A stretch of DNA of 32,000 bases, taken from contig NZ_CP179200.1 in assembly GCF_051201565.1 (NCBI RefSeq), forward strand, positions 1,500,001 through 1,532,000, read 5' to 3'. Positions 18,501 to 27,259 of the stretch are shown piece by piece. A program made the translations under genes and the position numbers. The notes under the pieces are model-generated. The model did no database searches. It had not been told where the DNA came from and was given only the letters and a program-made list of their open reading frames with translations. The first letter of the stretch is position 1. Each line of letters starts with the position of its first letter. This stretch comes from Pseudothioglobus sp. nBUS_23. Its GTDB lineage: Bacteria; Pseudomonadota; Gammaproteobacteria; PS1; Pseudothioglobaceae.

Positions 18501-19159
18501 CTAAAGTACTTATCAGCATCATTCATTGTCCAGGCAGCTTCGCCAAGCATATCAAATGAATAGAGTCTATTTTTTACATTACGACCCTTCAAAGCACTCT
18601 CTATAGTCTCAGCAAAAACAAATTGTTTAGCAAAAAACTGCATGACGTTGTTCGCACTAAAACGTATACCTGGCCTTGAAAGAATCTCAATAGCCTTTTT
18701 AATTCTGCTCTTTATTTCTCTATTACTTCCATGAGCTATCATTTTGTCTGCAATATTTAAGGCTATCGTAGCTATATTAACCATAGAAGAATTGCTAGTG
18801 CCGATATGCTGAGACCACCCCTTTCTTGCAACTTTATCAATAAATAATTTATCCCTAGTTTTGTTATCAGGAACCCTTAAAAAAGCCTCCACTAGAGTCA
18901 TTAACGAGAGACCCTCGTCACTTGTCAGATTGTACTCAGATACGAATAGGGACAACAGGTCAGGTTGACTCGATTGCCTTAACTGTTTAATTAATTCAGA
19001 AGTTTTTGATTGAAAAATAGTCCGCTGATCTGAGTTGGTCAGTTCAAATAATTTGAGATCATTTAATGCGTCAGACTCACTCACAACCCTTGCATCTCTT
19101 ATCTTATTTCTTAGAGGAGAGTAGTCAACTTTATATTTAAGATGAGAAAAGCTTTGCAT
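15527..19159 (-). CDS. putA: Bifunctional proline dehydrogenase / L-glutamate-gamma-semialdehyde (P5C) dehydrogenase PutA
   Basis: 1210 aa. PRODH barrel motifs are [34 protein letters not shown] and [12 protein letters not shown] motifs are [46 protein letters not shown] and the catalytic Cys in [11 protein letters not shown]-terminal GGNANLLAL. No ribbon-helix-helix N-terminus. Confidence 0.95.
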   Translation of the reverse strand: MQSFSHLKYKVDYSPLRNKIRDARVVSESDALNDLKLFELTNSDQRTIFQSKTSELIKQLRQSSQPDLLSLFVSEYNLTSDEGLSLMTLVEAFLRVPDNKTRDKLFIDKVARKGWSQHIGTSNSSMVNIATIALNIADKMIAHGSNREIKSRIKKAIEILSRPGIRFSANNVMQFFAKQFVFAETIESALKGRNVKNRLYSFDMLGEAAWTMNDADKYFRAYKGALIEIGKCNKKNSVTGANGISVKLSALHPKYDFLHRERVISELLPRVLELVQIAQSYNIGINIDAEEADRLEMSLDIIAQVMKAIANSSWEGFGVVVQAYQKRASHVIDWLNYNCQKHNLKIMVRLVKGAYWDSEIKHSQTLGDTDFPVFTKKINTDYSFLVCSQKLLGMRDRIFPQFASHNAHSLVSICEMAGNNEGYEVQRLHGMGESLHRAISKKYGVESRVYAPIGSHKELLAYLMRRLLENGANSSFINHLFDENIRPESLAADVFSIVEQDSEKSHPKIQLPKDIFNNSHRNSRSVIFTDQYSVDELYEKKNIWLDHQWIAKPIIDRDPIEGKLDQEVRNPSDENDIVGYALYSTKAQIERSIESAKSTFNTKMIDTETILKCLERAADLYEENQYELMTLAMREAGKTHQDATDEVREAVDFLRYYANLSREVMPQQRKARGVFVCISPWNFPLAIFTGQIAAALSAGNAVIAKPAESTSLIAYRASELLIEAGIPVGLFQLCLGKGSEVGSYLSGNNKIAGVAFTGSNEVAKQIKKSLIDCGNIEARLIAETGGLNAMVVDSTALCEQVTRDVIDSAFKSAGQRCSALRILMIQDDCYEEVVSMIKGAMKEIGCGNTKYLDIECGPVINSAAQIKLQSYIDKARRNNQIIEELDVKSKIGFFVSPTLIRLESMDDIHEEFFGPILHVLSYKDDELEETIEQLNSKGFGLTFGIHSRIEKKVKDISLRVNAGNIYINRNQIGAVVGSQPFGGEGLSGTGPKAGGPNSLHGYSQNILSRERSNHTVFLSDDTIDAREPLPPSLQLSNELLLKLKRAFPNIEEDFFEFLNQEVLKYSSNISLPGPTGESNQLSYKSKGTVLCLGPEPDELLKQTLLSLFLGNSVICPISSKDCNILIELGFKKENILRLNDSPSMSLLVSNLYSAVFYSGNSTSMQEIILASRSELITIVSSIYEAWELLKEQVVTEDTTASGGNANLLAL

Positions 19160-19197
19160 AGTTATTGAAAATCCAATTCATAAGTCTATTTTATTTT

Positions 19198-19222
19198 AAT
19201 AGTTATAGTGAATATAACTATT
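19198..19222. promoter_or_regulatory. Perfect 10-bp inverted repeat AATAGTTATA-GTGAA-TATAACTATT; candidate Lrp/PutR operator in the putA control region
   Basis: Arms 19198-19207 / 19213-19222 with a 5-bp spacer, 39 bp upstream of the putA ATG (19159) in the 147-bp divergent intergenic region. Confidence 0.3.
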
Positions 19223-19306
19223 AACATACATAAATAAAGTAATTAATTACAATTTATTTATAATATAATTATATAAATAACTAAATTTTTATAAATAATA
19301 GCAATT

Positions 19307-19756
19307 ATGACTAATATTGATAGCTTTGATCATAAAATACTTGAGCTTTTACAAAGTGATGGGCGGATGACAATTACCGATTTGTCTAACCATATTGGTT
19401 TGTCTAAAACCCCTTGCTTGAAGCGTGTACAAAAGCTTGAGACTGCAGGCTATATCAAGGGATATAAGGCAGTCATTAATCACGACTTAATAGACAATAA
19501 TCATATTGCCTTTGTGCAAATAAAACTCAATGACACCAAAACGATGGCACTTAATGCATTCAATAAAGCTATAAAAGAAGTATCAGAGGTAGAGCAATGT
19601 CATATGATTGCATCAAATTTTGATTATTTGTTGAAGGTAAGGACTGAGAATATGGATAGCTATAGAAAAGTTCTAGGAGAAAAAATCTCGGCGCTTCCGC
19701 ACGTTCAAAACAGCTCAACTTTTGTAGTGATGGAGGAAGTAATTACGAGCGTTTAG
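19307..19756 (+). CDS. Lrp/AsnC-family transcriptional regulator (PutR-like by position, divergent from putA)
   Basis: 149 aa. HTH_AsnC region is DSFDHKILELLQSDGRMTITDLSNHIGLSKTPCLKRVQKLETAGYIKGYKAVIN, followed by a RAM/AsnC_trans_reg C-terminal domain. Confidence 0.9.
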   Translation: MTNIDSFDHKILELLQSDGRMTITDLSNHIGLSKTPCLKRVQKLETAGYIKGYKAVINHDLIDNNHIAFVQIKLNDTKTMALNAFNKAIKEVSEVEQCHMIASNFDYLLKVRTENMDSYRKVLGEKISALPHVQNSSTFVVMEEVITSV

Positions 19757-19759
19757 TTT

Positions 19760-19789
19760 GCTTATTAAGATAATTTAGACTTAATAAGC
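19760..19789. terminator. Perfect 10-bp stem hairpin at the convergent lrp/yqeY junction (possible bidirectional, non-canonical terminator)
   Basis: GCTTATTAAG (19760-19769), loop ATAATTTAGA, CTTAATAAGC (19780-19789). It starts 4 nt after the lrp-family stop and covers the yqeY stop and its last codons. No U-tract on either side, and the stem is AT-rich. Confidence 0.3.
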
Positions 19790-20211
19790 TTAGAGACCAG
19801 TCCCATATCTGCCTGGCCATCCAATTGGCCTTTGAGTATTCCCATAAGCTTACCCATATCTTTCATAGAGTCAGCACCAGAATCAGAAATAGCTTTGTCA
19901 ACTGCTGCTTCAATTTCAGCTTCACTGAGTTGCTTTGGCATGTAATTATTTATGATAGATAGCTCTGCCTCCTCAACCTCAACCAGATCTGTTCTTCCGG
20001 CATCTGAAAATTGTGAAATTGAGTCTTTTCGCTGCTTTACCATTTTTTGAATTACAGCCATGACTTGGGTATCATCCAAATCAATACGTTCGTCTATTTC
20101 TTTTTGCTTGATTGCCCCAAGAATCATTCTGATGGCTTTAAGGGCAGATTTGTCTTGAGCCTTCAAAGCCAACTTCATATCATTGGTTATGAGTTGTTTG
20201 AGCTGAGACAT
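19765..20211 (-). CDS. yqeY: GatB/YqeY-domain protein
   Basis: 148 aa, MSQLKQLITNDMKLALKAQDKSALKAIRMILGAIKQKEID...MGKLMGILKGQLDGQADMGLVSKLIKSKLS. Typical YqeY family, directly after rpsU. Confidence 0.88.
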   Translation of the reverse strand: MSQLKQLITNDMKLALKAQDKSALKAIRMILGAIKQKEIDERIDLDDTQVMAVIQKMVKQRKDSISQFSDAGRTDLVEVEEAELSIINNYMPKQLSEAEIEAAVDKAISDSGADSMKDMGKLMGILKGQLDGQADMGLVSKLIKSKLS

Positions 20212-20238
20212 TAGATTATTTAATTAAGTACTAAAGCT

Positions 20239-20454
20239 TTAGTACATGCGTTTACGATGAATCCTGTTTTTTGACATTTCCTTATGAGTTCTTTTTACTG
20301 CTGCAGCTTTTTTACGCTTATTGACCCATGTCGGTTTTTCGAAAAATTCTTTTTTTCTTACATCAGTAATAACACCTGCTCTGTCACATAAACGTCTAAA
20401 ACGACGAAGTGCAATGTCAAACGGTTCATTCTCTCTTACTTTAATTGCTGGCAT
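20239..20454 (-). CDS. rpsU: 30S ribosomal protein S21
   Basis: 71 aa, [42 protein letters not shown]... Confidence 0.97.
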   Translation of the reverse strand: MPAIKVRENEPFDIALRRFRRLCDRAGVITDVRKKEFFEKPTWVNKRKKAAAVKRTHKEMSKNRIHRKRMY

Positions 20455-20466
20455 ATATTAATTCCT

Positions 20467-21051
20467 TTAAGATTCTTTTTTTGCAGCTTTAGCTTCTTTC
20501 TTTGGTGCCGTAGCTTTAGCTTCTTTCTTTGGTGCCGGAGCTTTAGCTTCTTTCTTTGGTGCCGCAGCTTTAGCTTCTTTCTTTGGTGCCGCAGCTTTAG
20601 CTTCTTTCTTTGGTGCCGCAGCTTTAGCTTCTTTCTTTGGTGCCGCAGCTTTAGCTTCTTTCTTTGGTGCCTCTACTACAACTTCTTCTTCTCCTTCAAA
20701 GTCTACTAGTTGAACTAAAGCCATTGGAGCTTTGTCGCCTGTACGAAAACCTGCTTTTAATATACGGACATAACCACCAGGTCGATCTTTATAGAAAGGG
20801 CCAACTTGAGTAAACAGTTTAGCAACCATAGCGTCATCTCTTAACTTCGAGAAGATGTGACGACGATTTGCAACACTATCAGCCTTGGCTCTTGTTATAA
20901 GAGGCTCAATTACACGTCTAAGCTCTTTAGCTTTTGGTAATGTAGTTTTAATTGTTTCATGCAAAATCAAAGAATTAGCCATATTCTTAAACATAGCTTT
21001 TCTGTGCGATGCATTTCTATTTAGTTGTCTTCCTGACTTTCTGTGTCTCAT
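20467..21051 (-). CDS. rplQ: 50S ribosomal protein L17 with a roughly 65-aa C-terminal Ala/Pro/Lys repeat extension
   Basis: 194 aa. The L17 core is [28 protein letters not shown]...[16 protein letters not shown], then EEEVVVE and (APKKEAKAA)x7 up to the stop. Confidence 0.97.
   Translation of the reverse strand: MRHRKSGRQLNRNASHRKAMFKNMANSLILHETIKTTLPKAKELRRVIEPLITRAKADSVANRRHIFSKLRDDAMVAKLFTQVGPFYKDRPGGYVRILKAGFRTGDKAPMALVQLVDFEGEEEVVVEAPKKEAKAAAPKKEAKAAAPKKEAKAAAPKKEAKAAAPKKEAKAPAPKKEAKATAPKKEAKAAKKES
20482..20670 (-). repeat. 27-bp tandem repeat x7, in frame within the rplQ 3' end (encodes APKKEAKAA units)
   Basis: The plus-strand unit GCTTTAGCTTCTTTCTTTGGTGCCGCA occurs as four consecutive base-identical copies. 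Flanking copies differ by one base each (..GCCGTA, ..GCCGGA, ..GCCTCT). Confidence 0.95.
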
Positions 21052-21060
21052 CGTATATCC

Positions 21061-22041
21061 TTATTCACTCATTAAGTCAACTGGCGGCCAGTTTTCAATT
21101 TCAGTACCTAGCTCTAAGTTCTTCTCAGTTAATACTTCTTTAATTTCATTTAGAGACTTACGTCCTAAGTTAGGAGTTCTCAATAAATCCTGCTCTGATT
21201 TTTGTATTAGATCACCTATGTAATATATTTGCTCAGCTTTCAGGCAGTTTGCTGAACGAACAGTAAGCTCAAGTTCATCAACTGCAGACAGATACATTGG
21301 AGGGAAATCATCAGATGTAGGTTGAGGCTCCTCTTCAATAACTGGCTCTAATTCTACAAATGATGAGAGCTGATCTTGAAGGATAGTAGCAGCTCTTTTG
21401 ACTGCTTCTTCAGCATCTACTGAGCCATTAGTTTCGATAACTATGTTCAGTCTGTCAAGGTTTACCTTTTGCTCAACCCTAGCTGCTTCAACTGTAAAAC
21501 TAACTCTTTTAATCGGGGAGAAGCTAGCATCCAATTGGATACTTCCAATAGTTTCAGAATCAACTGATCTTGCAACAGCAACATCATAACCAACACCCGT
21601 TCCAATACCCAGTGTCATTCTAATTTTGCCGCCTTCATTTACTGTAGCAATAACTTTTTCAGGATTGAAGACTGATACATCAGTTCCATTAGCCTCAATG
21701 TCTGCAACCGTAAGCTCACATGGGCCTTCTTTCTCAATTATGACAGTAGCACTTTCACTTGCATTAAGTCCAATTGAAGCCTCTTTCAGGTTAAGAAGGA
21801 TGTCCAATACATCTTCCTGAACGCTCTCTATAGTTGAGAATTCATGCATAACACCATCAATAGCCACCTCAGTAATAGCAGAGCCAACCATAGAAGATAA
21901 CAATGTTCTTCTTATTGAATTACCTAGAGTATGGCCAAATCCACGCTCAAAAGGTTCAAGAACGACACGATATTCGTTCTTAGATATTTCAACAGAATCT
22001 ACTAGTTTTGGTTTTAAAAAATCTCTTGCACTTCCTTGCAT
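21061..22041 (-). CDS. rpoA: DNA-directed RNA polymerase subunit alpha
   Basis: 326 aa, [50 protein letters not shown]... The C-terminal domain includes [48 protein letters not shown]. Confidence 0.98.
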   Translation of the reverse strand: MQGSARDFLKPKLVDSVEISKNEYRVVLEPFERGFGHTLGNSIRRTLLSSMVGSAITEVAIDGVMHEFSTIESVQEDVLDILLNLKEASIGLNASESATVIIEKEGPCELTVADIEANGTDVSVFNPEKVIATVNEGGKIRMTLGIGTGVGYDVAVARSVDSETIGSIQLDASFSPIKRVSFTVEAARVEQKVNLDRLNIVIETNGSVDAEEAVKRAATILQDQLSSFVELEPVIEEEPQPTSDDFPPMYLSAVDELELTVRSANCLKAEQIYYIGDLIQKSEQDLLRTPNLGRKSLNEIKEVLTEKNLELGTEIENWPPVDLMSE

Positions 22042-22050
22042 ATTTAATTC

Positions 22051-22677
22051 CTATTTAGAATATAGTTCCACGATTAATTGCTCTGAAATATCAGAAGATA
22101 ATTCATCGCGCGCTGGTACGTTCTTAAAAACGCCTTTCAATGCTTTATTATCAACATCGACCCATTCAGCTACTCCATTTTGACCAGAGATTTCAACTGC
22201 AAGCTGAATTCGGCTTTGTTTTTTCGCTTTTTCTCTTACTGAAATTTCATCATTTGCACTGACTTGAAAAGAAGGAATATTTACAACCTTTCCATTCACT
22301 AAAATTGACTTATGAGAAACTAGTTGTCTAGCCTCAGCACGAGTTGAAGCAAATCCCATTCTGTATACAACATTGTCTAAACGGCATTCAAGAAGTGACA
22401 AAAGGTTTTCACCAGTAGGGCCTTTTCTTGAGCTTGCTTTCTTATAGTAAAGACTAAACTGCTTTTCTAGGATGCCGTAAATACGTCTAACTTTTTGCTT
22501 CTCTCTAAGCTGAAGACCGTATTCACTACCTTTTTGACGACGAGCATTTGCACCGTGCATCCCAGGAAGTTGGGTTAATTTACATTTTGAATCAATAGAG
22601 CGAATTCCACTCTTCAGCTCTAAGTCAACACCCTCACGACGTGCTAATTTACATGTAGGACCAGTATATCTTGCCAT
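22051..22677 (-). CDS. rpsD: 30S ribosomal protein S4
   Basis: 208 aa, [24 protein letters not shown]... Confidence 0.97.
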   Translation of the reverse strand: MARYTGPTCKLARREGVDLELKSGIRSIDSKCKLTQLPGMHGANARRQKGSEYGLQLREKQKVRRIYGILEKQFSLYYKKASSRKGPTGENLLSLLECRLDNVVYRMGFASTRAEARQLVSHKSILVNGKVVNIPSFQVSANDEISVREKAKKQSRIQLAVEISGQNGVAEWVDVDNKALKGVFKNVPARDELSSDISEQLIVELYSK

Positions 22678-22686
22678 AATTTATCC

Positions 22687-23073
22687 TTATACTCTTCTTT
22701 TCTTAGAAGGACGGCAACCGTTATGAGGTATTGGCGTCACATCTGTTATTGATTGAATTTTTAAACCTTGTGCGTTCAGTCCACGAATTGCAGAATCGCG
22801 ACCTGGACCCGGCCCTTTAACTCTAACTTCAAGATTTTTCATTCCAAAAGCCTGTGCCTTTTCTCCACAATTTCCTGCAGCTACTTGTGCTGCAAATGGA
22901 GTAGACTTTCTTGAGCCTCTAAAGCCAGCGCCTCCAGAAGTAGCCCAGCAAATGGTATTACCATGTCGATCAGTAATCATCACAATAGTATTATTAAAAG
23001 TTGCGTGTATATGCGCAATACCGTCTGAGACGATTTTTTTTGATTTCTTCTTAGAAGCTTGCTCTTTTGCCAT
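22687..23073 (-). CDS. rpsK: 30S ribosomal protein S11
   Basis: 128 aa, ...[46 protein letters not shown]... Confidence 0.97.
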   Translation of the reverse strand: MAKEQASKKKSKKIVSDGIAHIHATFNNTIVMITDRHGNTICWATSGGAGFRGSRKSTPFAAQVAAGNCGEKAQAFGMKNLEVRVKGPGPGRDSAIRGLNAQGLKIQSITDVTPIPHNGCRPSKKRRV

Positions 23074-23089
23074 AATATCTTATGCCTTT

Positions 23090-23443
23090 TTATTTAATTA
23101 AACGACGCGGACCTTTTCTGGTTCTTGCGTTTGTTTTAGTTCTCTGACCACGTAAAGGCAATCCCTTTCTGTGTCTAATTCCACGATAGCAACCTAAATC
23201 TCTAAGGCGCTTAATACTCATTGCAACTTCACGTCTTAGGTCACCTTCAACCTCATACTTTGAAACCGCATCACGGATCGAGTCTAGCTGATCTTCAGTA
23301 AGAGCAGAGACCTTTGTACTTGGGTCTAATTTCAATGATTCACATATCAACTTAGATCTAGTTTCACCAATACCAAAAATAGACTGTAAGCCAATCACAA
23401 TATGCTTATTTGTTGGAATATTTATTCCTGCAATACGTGCCAT
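23090..23443 (-). CDS. rpsM: 30S ribosomal protein S13
   Basis: 117 aa, [30 protein letters not shown]... Confidence 0.97.
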   Translation of the reverse strand: MARIAGINIPTNKHIVIGLQSIFGIGETRSKLICESLKLDPSTKVSALTEDQLDSIRDAVSKYEVEGDLRREVAMSIKRLRDLGCYRGIRHRKGLPLRGQRTKTNARTRKGPRRLIK

Positions 23444-23522
23444 ATACTCTTCCTATACCTCAAATAAATAATAGTTTTGAACAGTTTTTCCGTTCAATTT
23501 CTTTAAGCTGAAAAATCGTGCA

Positions 23523-23551
23523 ATTTTACTTTGTAAATTAAGCTCTGTCAA
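23523..23551 (-). promoter_or_regulatory. Sigma70-type promoter for the alpha operon (TTGACA-N17-TAAAAT) in the rpmJ-rpsM spacer
   Basis: Minus strand reads TTGACA (plus 23546-23551), a 17-nt spacer GAGCTTAATTTACAAAG, then TAAAAT (plus 23523-23528). This is the only large gap (113 bp) in the ribosomal cluster, at the position of the E. coli alpha-operon promoter. Confidence 0.5.
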
Positions 23552-23556
23552 TGTAA

Positions 23557-23670
23557 TCAGCCCTGCCTTTGCTTATGACGTGGCTCTTTACAGATGACAC
23601 GGATAACCCCATGTCTCTTAATAATTTTGCAATCTTTACAAATCTTTTTAACTGATGCTCTTACTTTCAT
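23557..23670 (-). CDS. rpmJ: 50S ribosomal protein L36
   Basis: Too short for the ORF track. Hand translation of the minus strand from ATG 23668-23670 gives [37 protein letters not shown] (37 aa; the CxxC...C...H zinc-ribbon ligands are intact). Confidence 0.95.
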   Translation of the reverse strand: MKVRASVKKICKDCKIIKRHGVIRVICKEPRHKQRQG

Positions 23671-23679
23671 AACTTACCC

Positions 23680-24960
23680 TTACTTTAAATTTGCCTTACG
23701 CATCAAACCTTCATATTGATTTGACATCATATGAGATTGAGCTTGGGCAATAAAATCCATAACCACTACAACGATAATTAGAAGGCTTGTTCCACCAAAA
23801 TAGAAAGGAACATTCCAGTATAAAATTAAAAATTCTGGAAGTAAACATACCGCTGTAATATAAATAGCACCTACTGCTGTCAATCTTGAAGTTACCGCAT
23901 CAATATAATCGGCTGAATGCTGTCCAGGCCTTATACCAGGAATAAAACCACCAGACTTTCGAAGATTGTCTGCTGTATCTTTTGCATTAAATGTAAGTGC
24001 TGTATAAAAGAAAGTAAAGAAGATAATAGCAGCACCATAAAACATAATATATAACGGCTGTCCAGGTGAAATGCTTGAAGTAATATCTGCTAACCAACCC
24101 ATTCCCTCTGATTGAGAGAACCATCCGCCTAATGTAGCTGGAAAAAGAATAATACTTGATGCAAAAATTGGAGGTATTACTCCAGCCATATTGATCTTAA
24201 GAGGCAAATATGAAGTCTGTCCACCAACCATCTTTCTACCTTGCTGACGTTTGGCATAGTTAACAGCAATTCTTCTCTGACCTCGCTCCATGAAGACTAC
24301 AAAAGCCATTACTAAAACCACCATTATGAGCATAATGACTACAGTAAAGACACTTAACTCGCCAGTACCAACCATACTCAATGTATTGCCAAATGAAGCC
24401 GGCAAACCAGCAACGATACCTGCAAAAATGATCATAGAGATACCATTACCAATACCTTTTTCACTAATTTGCTCACCTAGCCACATTAAGAATAGTGTTC
24501 CAGTAGTTAAAGTCACCACTGTTACAAAACTAAAGGTCAATCCAGGGTTTGTGACTAACGCAACTCCACCGCCCATTTGAGACTGGAGTGCAATTGAAAT
24601 ACCATAAGATTGGAAAACTGCTAATAGAACAGTTCCCATACGTGTGTACTGTGTGATTGTTCTTCTACCTCGCTCACCCTCTTTCTTAAGCTGCTCAAAT
24701 CTTGGAACAACAGATGTCATCAGGTTCATGATGATTGAAGAGGAAATGTAGGGCATAATCCCCAGGGTGAAGATTGATAGCCTCTCTAATGCGCCACCAG
24801 AGAACATATTCATCATCCCCAGAATACCAGTTCTGTTATCTTCAACAAGAGATGCAAGCGCAGTCTGAGATATGAAAGGGATCACAATATGTGTTCCCAA
24901 TCTGAAAACGATCAATGCACCAATTAGATAAAGGATGCGTTTTAATAGATCTTCACTCAT
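23680..24960 (-). CDS. secY: Preprotein translocase subunit SecY
   Basis: 426 aa, multi-TM, ...[17 protein letters not shown]...[15 protein letters not shown]...[14 protein letters not shown]... Positioned between rplO and rpmJ. Confidence 0.97.
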   Translation of the reverse strand: MSEDLLKRILYLIGALIVFRLGTHIVIPFISQTALASLVEDNRTGILGMMNMFSGGALERLSIFTLGIMPYISSSIIMNLMTSVVPRFEQLKKEGERGRRTITQYTRMGTVLLAVFQSYGISIALQSQMGGGVALVTNPGLTFSFVTVVTLTTGTLFLMWLGEQISEKGIGNGISMIIFAGIVAGLPASFGNTLSMVGTGELSVFTVVIMLIMVVLVMAFVVFMERGQRRIAVNYAKRQQGRKMVGGQTSYLPLKINMAGVIPPIFASSIILFPATLGGWFSQSEGMGWLADITSSISPGQPLYIMFYGAAIIFFTFFYTALTFNAKDTADNLRKSGGFIPGIRPGQHSADYIDAVTSRLTAVGAIYITAVCLLPEFLILYWNVPFYFGGTSLLIIVVVVMDFIAQAQSHMMSNQYEGLMRKANLK

Positions 24961-24963
24961 GAA

Positions 24964-25398
24964 TTACTCGCTTATAGTTCCTTTTGCAGCCTCAATTGCT
25001 GCTCTAGCACCTTTAGTAGGCTTAATTCCGACCAGGTTAATTGGACGATTAATCTCTCCAGAGAGCATAACTTTGACTCTTAAAATGTTTTTGGTTACAA
25101 GATTGTGTTTTTTTAAAACATCGATAGTGATATCTTTCTCAGACAATTTGTCTAGCTGAGATAAAGTGACTTGTGACGTAATTGAAGACACGCGTGATGT
25201 AAATCCAACCTTCGGCAATCTTCTCTGAAGTGGCATTTGACCACCCTCAAAACCAATCTTTGTAAATCCACCTGAACGTGATTTTTGACCTTTATGGCCC
25301 CTTCCAGCTGTTTTACCCATTCCAGAACCCATGCCTCTTCCTACACGTTTTCTAAGAGACTTTTCACCTAAGGCAGGCTTTAATGTATTTAAATTCAT
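24964..25398 (-). CDS. rplO: 50S ribosomal protein L15
   Basis: 144 aa, [44 protein letters not shown]... Confidence 0.97.
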   Translation of the reverse strand: MNLNTLKPALGEKSLRKRVGRGMGSGMGKTAGRGHKGQKSRSGGFTKIGFEGGQMPLQRRLPKVGFTSRVSSITSQVTLSQLDKLSEKDITIDVLKKHNLVTKNILRVKVMLSGEINRPINLVGIKPTKGARAAIEAAKGTISE

Positions 25399-25402
25399 TT
25401 AA

Positions 25403-25789
25403 TTAACCCTCAACTTTTAATAGGTAAGAAACCTTGTTAATCATGCCTCTTACTTCTGGTGTATCTTCAAGCTCAACAGTATGGTTGATTCTTTTTAAAC
25501 CTAGACCAGTAACAGTAGCACGATGTTTAGGTAATCTCCCATTAAAACTTTTCACTAATGTAACACTAACTGTTTTCTTTTTAGGAGCAGCTTTTTTTGT
25601 AGGCGCTTTTTTAGTTTCGACTGCACTAGTAGACTCAACTTTTGCTGCAGCTGCTTTCTTAGGAGCTGCTGCTTTCTTAGGAGCTGCTGCTTTCTTAGGA
25701 GCTGCTGCTTTCTTAGGAGCTGCTACTTTCTTAGGAGCTGCTGCTTTCTTAGGAGCTGCTGCTTTCTTTTCTACTTTTTCGTCAGCCAT
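25403..25789 (-). CDS. rpmD: 50S ribosomal protein L30 with a roughly 70-aa N-terminal Ala/Pro/Lys repeat extension
   Basis: 128 aa. The C-terminal 57 aa, [57 protein letters not shown], align with full-length E. coli L30 (about 59 aa). The N-terminus is MADEKVEKK(AAAPKK)x6... No in-frame start codon lies next to the core. The ATG overlaps the rpsE stop (TGATG). Confidence 0.95.
   Translation of the reverse strand: MADEKVEKKAAAPKKAAAPKKVAAPKKAAAPKKAAAPKKAAAPKKAAAAKVESTSAVETKKAPTKKAAPKKKTVSVTLVKSFNGRLPKHRATVTGLGLKRINHTVELEDTPEVRGMINKVSYLLKVEG
25643..25765 (-). repeat. 18-bp tandem repeat x6, in frame within the rpmD 5' end (encodes AAAPKK units)
   Basis: The plus-strand unit CTGCTTTCTTAGGAGCTG occurs as five base-identical copies plus one single-base variant (CTACTTTCTTAGGAGCTG, Ala to Val). 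Confidence 0.95.
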
Positions 25790-26307
25790 CAGACTTCTCC
25801 CATAATTTGTTCAACAGTTTTGCCGCGCTTTGCAGCAACAATTTGTGGTGATGACATTTTAGTAAGGCCATCAACTGTTGCTCTTACAACACTAATTGGA
25901 TTTCGAGTTCCATTGCACTTAGCTAGTATATTGTGAACACCAACAGCTTCCAAAACACTTCTCATTGGGCCTCCAGCAATTACACCGGTACCTTCTGAGG
26001 CTGGCTGCATATAAACTTTTGCAGCTCCAACTCTAGAAGTAATAGGGTAGTGAAGGGTGCCATTAATTAGTGGAACAGGCTTCATTGATCTTTTAGCTTT
26101 ATCCATTGCTTTTTGAATAGCCAAAGGCACTTCACGTGCTTTACCAGTTCCATAGCCGACTTTACCATTACCGTCGCCAACAACTACCAAAGCTGAAAAG
26201 CCGAAAATTCTACCACCTTTTACTACCTTAACTACGCGGCGGATATTTACCAACTTCTCTATGAATTCACTTTCTTCTTTGTAATTATTTCTATTATTTT
26301 CAGCCAT
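25789..26307 (-). CDS. rpsE: 30S ribosomal protein S5
   Basis: 172 aa, ...[49 protein letters not shown]... Confidence 0.97.
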   Translation of the reverse strand: MAENNRNNYKEESEFIEKLVNIRRVVKVVKGGRIFGFSALVVVGDGNGKVGYGTGKAREVPLAIQKAMDKAKRSMKPVPLINGTLHYPITSRVGAAKVYMQPASEGTGVIAGGPMRSVLEAVGVHNILAKCNGTRNPISVVRATVDGLTKMSSPQIVAAKRGKTVEQIMGEV

Positions 26308-26331
26308 TCTTTAAACCTTAAGTTCTTTTAA

Positions 26332-26679
26332 TTAAAAATCTAATCCGCCTTCCCTTGCTGCCTCAGCAAGTGCTTTAACTCTTCCATGGTATTTAAAACC
26401 AGAACGATCAAATGCGACCTTAGAAACTTTAGCCTTCTTAGCAGCTTGCGCTATTAAATCTCCAACCTTGGATGCAGCTTCAACATTTCCACCATTTTTC
26501 ATCTTAGAGGAGACGCTAGATGCAGCAGCGATTGTCTTAGTTCCGCAACTACTTATAATTTGCGCATAAATATGTTGAGATGATTTATACACGCACAAAC
26601 GCTCTAAATCTCTCTCAGAATGCTTAGCTCTAAATTTTGTTGCTCTTCTTATGCGAGCATCTTTTTTTGATAATTTCAT
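26332..26679 (-). CDS. rplR: 50S ribosomal protein L18
   Basis: 115 aa, ...[17 protein letters not shown]...[26 protein letters not shown]. Confidence 0.97.
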   Translation of the reverse strand: MKLSKKDARIRRATKFRAKHSERDLERLCVYKSSQHIYAQIISSCGTKTIAAASSVSSKMKNGGNVEAASKVGDLIAQAAKKAKVSKVAFDRSGFKYHGRVKALAEAAREGGLDF

Positions 26680-26697
26680 TTAACTACCTTCTATCAA

Positions 26698-27243
26698 TTA
26701 TTTTTTCTTAGCAGCTTTTCGAACAACCTGCTCATCTGAATAGCGAACACCCTTGCCTTTATATGGCTCTGGCGGACGAAATGCTCTAATTTCAGCAGCT
26801 GCTTGGCCAACTTTCTGCTTATCAATTCCCTTTACTATGACTTCAGTCTGTGAAGGAGTTTCTACAGAGATTCCTTCAGGCAGTTTGTAGTCAACAGGGT
26901 GAGAGAAGCCAAGAGTTAGGTTCAAAACCTTTCCTTTTGCTTGTGCTCTGTAACCGACTCCAATTAGGGTTAATTTTTTCTCCCAACCTTCGGTCACGCC
27001 TTTAATTAAGTTAGCTGTATTTGCTCTAGCAGTTCCAGCCTGAGCCCATGCCGCTTTTTCCTCTTTCTTAGTTACATCATTTGGAGCAAATGTTAGTACA
27101 TTGTCAGCTGTAGAAATCTGTACTGATGAATTGACATGCATTGTCATTTCACCTAGCTTTCCTTTAACAGAAAGAAGACCATCTTCTTGCGTAATATTTA
27201 CGCCTTCAGGAATTGTTATTGGTGCTTTAGCAACTCTAGACAT
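26698..27243 (-). CDS. rplF: 50S ribosomal protein L6
   Basis: [33 protein letters not shown]... The ORF track starts at 27291, which overlaps rpsH. I use Met17 (ATG 27241-27243), preceded by GGAG, which matches the canonical L6 N-terminus. Confidence 0.95.
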   Translation of the reverse strand: MSRVAKAPITIPEGVNITQEDGLLSVKGKLGEMTMHVNSSVQISTADNVLTFAPNDVTKKEEKAAWAQAGTARANTANLIKGVTEGWEKKLTLIGVGYRAQAKGKVLNLTLGFSHPVDYKLPEGISVETPSQTEVIVKGIDKQKVGQAAAEIRAFRPPEPYKGKGVRYSDEQVVRKAAKKK

Positions 27244-27259
27244 TTTTAATCTCCAACTA

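Noticed and set aside
20482-20670. The 27-bp and 18-bp (25643-25765) tandem repeats considered as a CRISPR array or non-coding minisatellite
   Set aside because: There are no spacers between units. Unit lengths are multiples of three, and the tracts are in frame and contiguous with conserved L17 and L30 cores. They are coding repeats.
20885-21223. 112-aa plus-strand ORF spanning the rplQ/rpoA junction
   Set aside because: It is antisense to two conserved ribosomal-operon genes, has no recognisable motifs, and crosses a gene boundary. This is a typical spurious ORF in AT-rich DNA.
25434-25805. 123-aa plus-strand ORF (..[18 protein letters not shown]..) antisense to rpmD
   Set aside because: It is the mirror image of the in-frame AAAPKK repeat of L30. 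The repeat has no stops on the opposite strand simply because of its composition. The ORF lies entirely inside a well-supported, translationally coupled ribosomal gene.
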